Virus record (IMG/VR): IMGVR_UViG_3300029955_000001
Length of the DNA: 64,000 bases
Origin: a virus
Lineage: Duplodnaviria > Caudoviricetes
Reading direction: 5' to 3' (one strand)
Shown: positions 29,755 to 37,828 of the stretch, in pieces
Layout of the letters: every line of letters begins with the position of its first letter
How positions within the stretch are numbered: position 1 is the stretch's first letter
The notes under the pieces: model-generated
The model's input: the letters and a program-made list of their open reading frames with translations, nothing else
Database searches by the model: none
What the model was told of the DNA's origin: nothing
Position numbers and translations under genes: made by a program

Positions 29755-29800
29755 TACTAAATCTCACAACTGTTATATATGTCTGAAATATTCTAGGATC
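29755..29800 (-). promoter_or_regulatory. repeated early promoter module, copy 1
   Basis: Minus strand GATCCTAGAATATTTCAGACATATATAACAGTTGTGAGATTTAGTA. Confidence 0.65.
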
Positions 29801-29870
29801 AAGTTTTCAAACACGCTCCTTACTTACTTTACTACATGTACTTCTACTACAGATTTTTTACAATTACGAA

Positions 29871-30161
29871 CTACGCTGGATTGAGGTTTTCGGTAAACGT
29901 AACATCACTTACCGAATGACTTTCTTTAATGATTGAGGCTACCTTGCTTTCAAACTCCTCCATGAGCCTTCTGGCTTCTTGTGTGTGAAACTTGGCCTCC
30001 TCCATTGTTGTTTCGTCGTCGCAGTTACGTTCACCGGACAACAGCTCTGCTACTTGTTTTGCGATCTTGCGATTGCGAAAAGCAGTTGCTACTATTCCAG
30101 TTACTGCCAAGGTTACTACGCTGCCAATTGCTACGAGGATTTTTGTTTTTGCGGATGTCAT
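29871..30161 (-). CDS. single-pass membrane protein
   Basis: ILVAIGSVVTLAVTGIVATAF followed by a charged helix. Confidence 0.62.
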   Translation of the reverse strand: MTSAKTKILVAIGSVVTLAVTGIVATAFRNRKIAKQVAELLSGERNCDDETTMEEAKFHTQEARRLMEEFESKVASIIKESHSVSDVTFTENLNPA

Positions 30162-30230
30162 GGTAATTATCCTGAAATTGAAATAGTTTGAAATACGAGT
30201 TAAGTTATTTCTTAAAGAAGTATTGTGATT

Positions 30231-30521
30231 CTACTTCTCTGTGTAGTTCTTTTGTGATCTTGATGATTTTTTTTCATCGCCATTCAAATAAGCTTCTTGA
30301 AGACGATCTTGAAACTTTTGAATATCGGCTTTGCTGAAAGCAAAACCAACTCCATTGTTTTCCTTCAAGATAATTTTCAGATGAACAATAGACCGCATTG
30401 CCGGTATCGTGCTATCTAGCACTTTCTTTTGTTTTTCTTCTTTGTTCTTCGATGAAAAAAGCTTAGCGACGCCACCTCCTATTGCTAGTACGGCTAAGCC
30501 AATAACGGCTTTTATGTTCAT
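30231..30521 (-). CDS. single-pass membrane protein
   Basis: MNIKAVIGLAVLAIGGGVAKLF; SD CAGGAG. Confidence 0.62.
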   Translation of the reverse strand: MNIKAVIGLAVLAIGGGVAKLFSSKNKEEKQKKVLDSTIPAMRSIVHLKIILKENNGVGFAFSKADIQKFQDRLQEAYLNGDEKKSSRSQKNYTEK

Positions 30522-30543
30522 GATGCACTCCTGATGTGTTAAG

Positions 30544-30744
30544 TTATAGATTGTGTTCTGCTTTATAACGACGAAGAGCATCTGGTTCCATATTACGTTC
30601 GTATTCTGCTTCTTGTTCCATTCTAGCGCAATAGCTATTTATCTTGGCTTTATGTTCAGACTCTTTTTTCATTTCAAAATACTTAAGAATAAGAACACCA
30701 CCAGCAATACTAACTACTGCTAATGTTACATGAACTCTCCACAT
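30544..30744 (-). CDS. single-pass membrane microprotein
   Basis: MWRVHVTLAVVSIAGGVLILKYF; SD CAGGAG. Confidence 0.6.
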   Translation of the reverse strand: MWRVHVTLAVVSIAGGVLILKYFEMKKESEHKAKINSYCARMEQEAEYERNMEPDALRRYKAEHNL

Positions 30745-30895
30745 GGCATTCTCCTGATTTAAATGTAAATAATAAAAAAGACCATTAACAATAAATAAAA
30801 CCAACCTTATTGTTAATGGCTGGAAATCGTTTTATGCGTGAGGGCTTTCAAAAGGAGGTTATATGTCCTAATGGCCCTCGGTAAGCACGGATAGA

Positions 30896-31498
30896 TCAGG
30901 AAGTTAAGTTCCTGATTTCAGCAAGGGCCTTCCGGCCAATGTTTGCTATCCGCATCAGATCGTTGTCGCTCATCTTCGACAACATATCCACTGTTACCTT
31001 CCCGCCAAGTTCGTCGGTAAGATTATTCTTGACTCTTACTGATAACTTAGAGTCTTGAATCAGTGTTGTATTAGGCACCCGCGTTAAAACGGCAGCGCTC
31101 TCTGGTACTATAAATCCACGATGTTGAAACACCGCTACTTTATGAGTACCGCCATCAGCCGTAGCTGCCTCAGAGCTTACGCGAAGCGTAAAGGCATACA
31201 TCGGTATGATACCGACCTTGATTAACGCATCTTCCAGCGCTGACATCAGGTAAGGCGCACCTCCAATCATTGCGGAGGTAATGGGTGGTTCACCCAGTGC
31301 TCTTGCGTATTCTCTATGCGCGACAGCTATATCAGCAATGCTGGTCGCTGCCTCACGAATGAAAACTGATGTCGGCATACTGTCAAAGGTCAACAGCGCT
31401 ATGAGTTGAAGCAGGAACCCACCAGTAACATCAACCAAACCAGCGAGCAGCTGGTCCTTTGTTGCTTTGTGTTGCGTTAAATTCAAGATTGCATTCAT
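30896..31498 (-). CDS. candidate Csx20-like ring-nuclease domain fused to an RNAP alpha-CTD-like HhH domain
   Basis: N-terminus NLTQH..T.DQ, AMIGGAP and YAFTLR.S.E....DG...K...F.H.GF. C-terminus LSVRVKNNL...TVDML...SDNDL.RI.NIGRKALAEI. Confidence 0.5.
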   Translation of the reverse strand: MNAILNLTQHKATKDQLLAGLVDVTGGFLLQLIALLTFDSMPTSVFIREAATSIADIAVAHREYARALGEPPITSAMIGGAPYLMSALEDALIKVGIIPMYAFTLRVSSEAATADGGTHKVAVFQHRGFIVPESAAVLTRVPNTTLIQDSKLSVRVKNNLTDELGGKVTVDMLSKMSDNDLMRIANIGRKALAEIRNLTS

Positions 31499-31699
31499 TT
31501 TGTTTCTCCAGTATAAAAGGGTGTGGGTTTTTAAAGCTACTCGTGTGAGGGCAGTGGTATATCACTACGCATAGTGACCCGTTTCTCTGACCCTCAGGCT
31601 AATAGCCTAGTGGATAATAATCCAGGATGTTCTTGAAATAAGTTTTGTTGCGTTTTACGAGGCCGCCGCCTAGATACACATTGGATTCCCTTCAAGAGC

Positions 31700-31739
31700 G
31701 TTAAGAAGTAAGCAAGCTCCCGATTGCTTACTTCTTAAC
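31700..31739. terminator. perfect 16-bp hairpin
   Basis: GTTAAGAAGTAAGCAA/TTGCTTACTTCTTAAC. Confidence 0.55.
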
Positions 31740-31762
31740 TCATTATCAGTTAGTGCAAACCG

Positions 31763-31897
31763 TTAAGGCTTAGGCTGCTTTCGCTTTGCGTTTGCCGGTC
31801 CAAATCTATCTCGCCCCTGCATACGACAGTATTGTGCTTTCGCTGGCAATATCAAATCTATATACATTGGTGACAGTTTGTTATAGTGTCTTTCCAT
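31763..31897 (-). CDS. 44-aa basic microprotein (not in ORF track)
   Basis: MERHYNKLSPMYIDLILPAKAQYCRMQGRDRFGPANAKRKQPKP; GGAGGT upstream, immediately after a promoter module. Confidence 0.4.
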   Translation of the reverse strand: MERHYNKLSPMYIDLILPAKAQYCRMQGRDRFGPANAKRKQPKP

Positions 31898-31902
31898 ATA
31901 AC

Positions 31903-31948
31903 TACTAAATCTCACCTCCAGTATATATGTCTGAAATATTATAGGATC
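31903..31948 (-). promoter_or_regulatory. repeated early promoter module, copy 2
   Basis: Minus strand GATCCTATAATATTTCAGACATATATACTGGAGGTGAGATTTAGTA. Confidence 0.62.
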
Positions 31949-31981
31949 AAGTTTTTCTCAGACATATACACTGGTTGTTTC

Positions 31982-32464
31982 TTAGTACCTATTCCAATTA
32001 GCGTCCCATTCGATATCGCTTCGAAGGTGACGAAGTTTAGAATCCATCGACGACTTGATTTCTCGAGTAGCGTCTCTGACAGCGTTGTTCACTTCTGCCT
32101 TCATCGCATTGATGATCTCAGCCTTCATTTCCTCGACTGCCGCACGTTCGTTGAAACGAGTAGCGTATTCTGGATCAGCCGCCATACGTGCAATATGTAA
32201 ATCATGCTCTTGTTTACGCGCTTCCCTAGCTGCTTTGCAATCTTCTGCATTCTTACGATTACGCAAGATGATAATCTTTGCGGCATCAGATACAAACGCA
32301 ATGTCCTTCAGACCGATTTCAACAGTATATACTTCAGTATTTAGCGCATCTTCGGCAGCACGTATTTCCTCACCTCTCTTGCGTTCTTGTATTTTACTGT
32401 AGACACCAGCACTTACTAATGCTGTAAGTCCGGTTACCAGCAAACCAGCAATGATCTTGTTCAT
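31982..32464 (-). CDS. single-pass membrane protein with coiled-coil tail
   Basis: MNKIIAGLLVTGLTALVSAGVY; SD GGAG. Confidence 0.65.
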   Translation of the reverse strand: MNKIIAGLLVTGLTALVSAGVYSKIQERKRGEEIRAAEDALNTEVYTVEIGLKDIAFVSDAAKIIILRNRKNAEDCKAAREARKQEHDLHIARMAADPEYATRFNERAAVEEMKAEIINAMKAEVNNAVRDATREIKSSMDSKLRHLRSDIEWDANWNRY

Positions 32465-32499
32465 TTTTTTATTCTCCAGTATTGAAATAGATTTAAATC

Positions 32500-32619
32500 T
32501 TACTGACGCCAGTATGCAGCGTCACCTTGTTGTTTGTTTGCGATTGTCCTGTTTATATACTCGATTGCGTAATGCGCAGCAATCGCTGACACAACACAGA
32601 TTACAATACTCTTAATCAT
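32500..32619 (-). CDS. 39-aa membrane microprotein (not in ORF track)
   Basis: MIKSIVICVVSAIAAHYAIEY...; SD AAGGAG. Confidence 0.55.
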   Translation of the reverse strand: MIKSIVICVVSAIAAHYAIEYINRTIANKQQGDAAYWRQ

Positions 32620-32634
32620 GACTGACTCCTTAGC

Positions 32635-32763
32635 TTAGAAACGATGACAGGATTCGTGGATTGTGAAAAGCAGATTACCGATGGATGAACCGATAATCAT
32701 TCCACCGATAACATTGAACATGAGTTCGTATTCAGTAATGACATTTTTCAATTTCGTAAACAT
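32635..32763 (-). CDS. 42-aa membrane microprotein (not in ORF track)
   Basis: ...LMFNVIGGMIIGSSIGNLLF...; SD AAGGGG. Confidence 0.5.
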   Translation of the reverse strand: MFTKLKNVITEYELMFNVIGGMIIGSSIGNLLFTIHESCHRF

Positions 32764-32792
32764 AATTTAACCCCTTAGGCAAGATACTTCTT

Positions 32793-32835
32793 TACTATCT
32801 CGCCTAAGGTATATATGTCTGAAATATTCTAGGAT
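32793..32835 (-). promoter_or_regulatory. repeated early promoter module, copy 3
   Basis: Minus strand ATCCTAGAATATTTCAGACATATATACC. Confidence 0.62.
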
Positions 32836-32840
32836 ACTAA

Positions 32841-33023
32841 TCAGCTTCTAGCGGCAATGATTGCTTTTGTAACCTTCCATCCAATCGCGTATCCTACAAC
32901 AGCAGATACAGATAAAATACAAAGAAAGACTGGTATACTCATACCTTTCTTTTCTTCATATTCTTTTACTTCTGCGTCAGCTTGTTCCGGTGTTATGTGT
33001 ACGTTTTTCATGACATTCTCCAT
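32841..33023 (-). CDS. membrane microprotein
   Basis: IPVFLCILSVSAVVGYAIGW hydrophobic segment. Confidence 0.58.
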   Translation of the reverse strand: MENVMKNVHITPEQADAEVKEYEEKKGMSIPVFLCILSVSAVVGYAIGWKVTKAIIAARS

Positions 33024-33063
33024 TGATTAAAAAAGTGTTTTGAGTAACGATATTTCTATCAAG

Positions 33064-33182
33064 ACTCGCAACTACTACGTATGTTTGAAAAAATCTAGAA
33101 TCTATTTAATTTAAAATCAATAACGAATAATGAATTCCACTCAATCTCACCAAGATTATATATGTCTAAGATATTCTAGGAT
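33064..33182 (-). promoter_or_regulatory. repeated early promoter modules, copies 4 (degenerate, 33064-33102) and 5 (33143-33182)
   Basis: Minus strand GATTCTAGATTTTTTCAAACATACGTAG and ATCCTAGAATATCTTAGACATATATAAT align with copies 1-3. Confidence 0.55.
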
Positions 33183-33580
33183 AGTGTTTTTAACGGCATA
33201 AATGCCAAGCTATTCACTTGGCTATTTTTATAATGTTGTCATTTTTACAACCTGCAATTAATATACTTAAGTATACTATTGGGGCTCCGCCCCCAAAATC
33301 CACTAAGGGAAGACTGCCCAACAGGCTTACCGCTTATGATCATTTTATATAATTGCAGGTTTTAGTTTCTGCAAATAATAGATTATGACAGTAAAAAATT
33401 ACTTTAATTGTATTTTTGATAATTAATATTTCAATTATTGATTTTTATTTTAAGAAAGTAATTTTGATTATATTTATTATAATCAATACAAAAATCTATT
33501 GGAGCCTTTAAAGTTTACTCATTGGGCCGTGTTGTCAAAATGACAACATTATATTTAGTTATTAAATTAGCGTTATTATT

Positions 33581-34246
33581 GTGAACGTTCTTACATTTAA
33601 TAAAAAGGAATTCGCTATGAGTTTACTAAGATTGAGATTAGCCGTCGAGGCTTACGATGCCCCTCAAGACACAATCCCTAACGATGGTGTTAACCAAACA
33701 ATCGTAATGAAAGGTCCTTTGTCTGATATATATACAAAGGCACTGAATATTGCCTATGCAAAAAAAGATAAACTTACTGGTGAAGTAGAACCAGTAGAAG
33801 AAACTAATATCGTACAAGATACTAAGGTAGGTGGCGCAATGCCACCTGCTAATAATATTCTTCAAGATCCAGTAGCAATCGAAAATTTAGTTAGTGCGTT
33901 AGAAAGTCAAGCTATTGATGCAGCATTAATGGAAAAACTTTCTCGTACTCTAAACGATGCATCAGACGATGCTCCACCTACAGATTCGTTTCAGACGGTC
34001 TATGGAGTGTCTAGAGACGATTTAAATGAAGAGGACCTAGTTTCTATAGCAAAAGACGTATCGACTCAACCTGAGTCCACTAGCGAATATATCGTCGTGA
34101 TTGATCGTACAGGATGTAGTAGCGATGACCCAGAACAAGTAATGAAATTATCTAGCGCAATTGAAAGTTTAATCGATGCGTTTGGTGGTAAGGTATTTAG
34201 TAGCTTAGAAGATTACGTACATTACCAAGCTACGCTATTGGGTTAA
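33581..34246 (+). CDS. putative virion (head) protein; likely start 33617
   Basis: SD AAAAGGA before MSLLRLRLAVE. Contains ALES, a gp175-type A/S/G-X-E cleavage-like motif. Confidence 0.5.
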   Translation: MNVLTFNKKEFAMSLLRLRLAVEAYDAPQDTIPNDGVNQTIVMKGPLSDIYTKALNIAYAKKDKLTGEVEPVEETNIVQDTKVGGAMPPANNILQDPVAIENLVSALESQAIDAALMEKLSRTLNDASDDAPPTDSFQTVYGVSRDDLNEEDLVSIAKDVSTQPESTSEYIVVIDRTGCSSDDPEQVMKLSSAIESLIDAFGGKVFSSLEDYVHYQATLLG

Positions 34247-34294
34247 TTTTCACTATATTAATCACGCGTACGTAAACTAACAGAGCGGTCGATA

Positions 34295-35542
34295 ATGGAA
34301 ACTATAAAAAGCATATTTGATGAGGAATGTGTTAAACTTGTCATCGATAAACATTTACTAAAAAAGATTAGTCAGTATCAACTTTTCTTTGTAAATAAAA
34401 ATGAGGACCATATTAAGTTTTTTGGTGGTAATTTACTAGGTGTGCAAGTAGTTAGGTTCATGCCGCAGGACTATGATCATTGGTTCGATGAAGTGCTTTG
34501 TATTGATTATGGTCCATTAGGTGAGCGTCTAGAAACCCTAGAAGAAATACAACCAGAATTTCGTAAAGTTACAAGTGATACTTTTAATCTATCTTGTATT
34601 TGGTTATGTCATGCTATTTTAAATAGTCATTACTTAACCCCTGAAGAAAAACAAACTGGTATGATTGATACTTTACTAGTTTTGCAATATAAATTCATTA
34701 CAAGTTTACTGTATCATTATTTCAAATACCCAGCAGATAGACAAGTAGCAGAGGCAGCATATGCTCAACTAAGCTATAAGTTTGCCATTAAGGTGTATGG
34801 TAGCTGGGCTGCTGTTTTAAGAAATAGAGCCGAATCAATTTGCTCACAGATAGATCCTATTACAAACAAGCCAAGTATTCACTACGACGCTATTATGCAT
34901 ATGGGAGTAGATAAAGACGTAACTTATGTTTTATCGGATTCACAGGGACGTATTCGTGATATTGTAAAGAACTACTATTTTATTTTTGATATGGTTAAAA
35001 ATAGTAATGGTAGGATTATTAGCACTTCGTCAATAGTGGAATATGATGGTGAAGTATTCCTTCGTGATAAGACTAAGAACTTAACAGCATATGGTCGTTA
35101 TCTTAACTCCATTATTACAGATAAGAATTCTTTTATTCGTAATGAACTAGTAGTTATCATTGAAAAACTAATGCACACAATGTCTCCTAGGTTATTCATG
35201 GAAACACTTGTGTGGATGTCTACAAACTATAGACAAGATGGTGTTGGTGTTATTGAAGAAGTTTTAAATGAAACACTAATTCATAGTTTTGATTATCTTA
35301 ATCAAGAACGTGGTGTTGTGAGAAACACGACCGACATTCCTGGATTATTAGATAAGTTACGTGGTGTTTACATGTCGTCTAGAAGCACTGATCCTATTTT
35401 AATTTCTTTACGTAGTAAAATGGAAACAGTAGTTAAATTAGCTACTGGTAATAAGACAGAGTCAATGATCGCTAGCGTGCGCACTGCTACGATGTTATAC
35501 ATAGTGCTCAGAGCCTTTACAATGAAGCATTATACTGGTTAG
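34295..35542 (+). CDS. conserved phiKZ-like virion structural protein
   Basis: 415-aa helical protein convergent with terminase. Confidence 0.55.
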   Translation: METIKSIFDEECVKLVIDKHLLKKISQYQLFFVNKNEDHIKFFGGNLLGVQVVRFMPQDYDHWFDEVLCIDYGPLGERLETLEEIQPEFRKVTSDTFNLSCIWLCHAILNSHYLTPEEKQTGMIDTLLVLQYKFITSLLYHYFKYPADRQVAEAAYAQLSYKFAIKVYGSWAAVLRNRAESICSQIDPITNKPSIHYDAIMHMGVDKDVTYVLSDSQGRIRDIVKNYYFIFDMVKNSNGRIISTSSIVEYDGEVFLRDKTKNLTAYGRYLNSIITDKNSFIRNELVVIIEKLMHTMSPRLFMETLVWMSTNYRQDGVGVIEEVLNETLIHSFDYLNQERGVVRNTTDIPGLLDKLRGVYMSSRSTDPILISLRSKMETVVKLATGNKTESMIASVRTATMLYIVLRAFTMKHYTG

Positions 35543-35546
35543 TATA

Positions 35547-35596
35547 CGGCATAAATAGCATCGGTATAATCCGATGCCATTTATGCTTCTATGCCG
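35547..35596. terminator. bidirectional terminator with CGGCATA/TATGCCG flanks
   Basis: Stem GCATAAAT.GCATCGG/CCGATGC.ATTTATGC between convergent genes. Confidence 0.65.
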
Positions 35597-37816
35597 CTAT
35601 TGCCTTCTAATAATTTCAGCTTCTGATAAAGGTTCACTTGATATACAGCCAGCTGGATTGAAGTAAACATTATCAGGCTGGACACTATTATTTTGTCCGT
35701 ACTGATAACCACGACGCCTCGTGCGTTTCTTCTCTTTCGCTTGCTTAATCAAGTTGTCAAGACTGTAAATCTCACCTACTTCTAGAATCAAACGTCTACT
35801 CAACATGCGTAATTCATGTTCCATTTGCAGAGTAATAAAATCATCGTCTTCTTCAGTAAGTAGGTTATAAAGTTCGTCAATACGTTCTCTAATATATTGT
35901 TGTTCTTCACGTCGTTCTGTTTCTAATGGTGTTTCGATAGGTTTAGGTGCAAAAGAAGTCATGACCTTATCGATACCATAGAACGAAAGATTCTTACCTT
36001 GATGTAATAACCAATTCGCTAATAACCACCCAATTACCATATCGTCATGCTCACCAACTGGATGGTCAATACGCCCGTTCCTAGTGACAAGTCCTTTAAT
36101 CTGGTCTATCAGGTCTTTATCATGAATCTTTTCACAACCACGTTTAGCTGCATTCTGTAACGTAGTAGTATAAAGACCCGTTCGACTAGTAGCCCCAGAT
36201 CCGGATGTTGAAAAACCAAACAAGTTCTTAAGTCTATCATAAATGTCATTTGAGCGCCTGCCAATCGGTACTTGAATTTCTTTCCAATAATCTTTATATT
36301 GAACAGGATCATTCACAACCCAATTAAATAGACGTTTGAAAGGATCAATGCCGTATTGTGGGAGCCAATGAAGTAGGTAATCCAACAATCCAACACCCGT
36401 AGAACGTTTTTCAATAATTGCAGTGATATTAGAATAGGTGACTAAAATAGAACAAACCCACTCTGCAAATTTAATGAGATTTGTTTCATTAAAAGTTCCC
36501 GCTGCAACAACGTCTAACGTATCTGCGTCAATTAAAACTAATGAAATATCATCTCTTCCACTAGCTTCACTTGTATCCATTCCCAAGACAAATCTACCTG
36601 TCTTCATCCGTTCTTCAATTTCATCTTCAGGGATATACCATCGTGTAATATATCCATGAGGTTTACTAATGTCAGTATAAAGATGAGACATGTAGCTATT
36701 AGAGATTTTCTCTAATATAGTTACCGCCAGCGGATGTGTCTGACTACCTGAAGTCCATCGATTAAAATAATCTCGATCAGCTTCTTCGCCAGTCATCGTT
36801 GTTTGCTCTAGTTTTTCCCTGAGCCACTGGTCGGTTTTTCCGAGCTGCTTGTGATCAAAAGTGGCATTAATACGACAGACACCACCATGAGAATTACGAC
36901 GAATAGTTGCATGTAGGTCCTCTATATCTTTACAATCGAAGAACTTTTCTGTCCAGTTGGCAGATTCGCTCAACATTTTATAAATGAAAGCACCGTCAGC
37001 ATCATCTTTTTTACCAGCAGTGGTTGTTAGGATAGTGCCATACGGTGTACCCTGTCGTTTCGCAGCATCAGCAGCAGCTCCCATAGAAGCTAGTGCTGTC
37101 GGCAAAGCTAATCGAATATTTGGATGGTACGGACCTTCATCAATATGGAATATTGGCGAAGTTAAGCCCCGGCCCATTTTCAATGCGCTTTTCTCAGCCA
37201 TTTGTGCAACATGTGTAGTGTAAGTGTTATCTAAAGATTTTACACTAACCTGTTCCATATTGTTTAAATCGTCTCTTGTTCGTTGTTGAAGATAGAGAGG
37301 CAATTCTTCACCAATGCGTTTGAGACGATCAACGTTTGCTCTTCTGAGAGTGTCGTTTAACGTCATTAAGTTAATTGCTGTGTTCTGACATAAAATATTC
37401 AGTAAGTAATTCATTAATGCATCTGTTGACACCGACTTACCAGTTTGACGCGGTTGAATCAATATTAACATTACATGGTTAAAAAATAACCAGAACAATG
37501 CTATATTACCTCTATTAGACTCTAACATATCTGGCTCGTTTTTACCAAGACCAGGTATGCGACAACACTCTCTAAAATAAAACCAAGGATTAATTCGACA
37601 TTCTATTGCTATAGCAGCTATTTCTTCAATTGTTAAGTTAGGATCAAATGGATCAATCCCTTTTAATTTTGGATTTACTAATGCCAAAATAAAGGAGTCA
37701 TTTCTTATTCCCATACTTCGATACAATGAAGCTAACCTAACAAAACTTCGATTAGTAGTTTCTTTATTTATTATAGCAGTAGGAAAATACTTCCAGTCTT
37801 GTTCAAATAGTATCAT
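35597..37816 (-). CDS. terL: terminase large subunit
   Basis: Walker A QPRQTGKS, Walker B FHIDE, nuclease motifs LGMDTSE and HDD. Confidence 0.92.
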   Translation of the reverse strand: MILFEQDWKYFPTAIINKETTNRSFVRLASLYRSMGIRNDSFILALVNPKLKGIDPFDPNLTIEEIAAIAIECRINPWFYFRECCRIPGLGKNEPDMLESNRGNIALFWLFFNHVMLILIQPRQTGKSVSTDALMNYLLNILCQNTAINLMTLNDTLRRANVDRLKRIGEELPLYLQQRTRDDLNNMEQVSVKSLDNTYTTHVAQMAEKSALKMGRGLTSPIFHIDEGPYHPNIRLALPTALASMGAAADAAKRQGTPYGTILTTTAGKKDDADGAFIYKMLSESANWTEKFFDCKDIEDLHATIRRNSHGGVCRINATFDHKQLGKTDQWLREKLEQTTMTGEEADRDYFNRWTSGSQTHPLAVTILEKISNSYMSHLYTDISKPHGYITRWYIPEDEIEERMKTGRFVLGMDTSEASGRDDISLVLIDADTLDVVAAGTFNETNLIKFAEWVCSILVTYSNITAIIEKRSTGVGLLDYLLHWLPQYGIDPFKRLFNWVVNDPVQYKDYWKEIQVPIGRRSNDIYDRLKNLFGFSTSGSGATSRTGLYTTTLQNAAKRGCEKIHDKDLIDQIKGLVTRNGRIDHPVGEHDDMVIGWLLANWLLHQGKNLSFYGIDKVMTSFAPKPIETPLETERREEQQYIRERIDELYNLLTEEDDDFITLQMEHELRMLSRRLILEVGEIYSLDNLIKQAKEKKRTRRRGYQYGQNNSVQPDNVYFNPAGCISSEPLSEAEIIRRQ

Positions 37817-37828
37817 AATCTAAATAAA

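Noticed and set aside
29755-33182. Repeats as a possible CRISPR or mini-array
   Set aside because: Spacing is irregular (about 80 to 2100 nt), copies are separated by genes, and the repeat carries a promoter-like motif.
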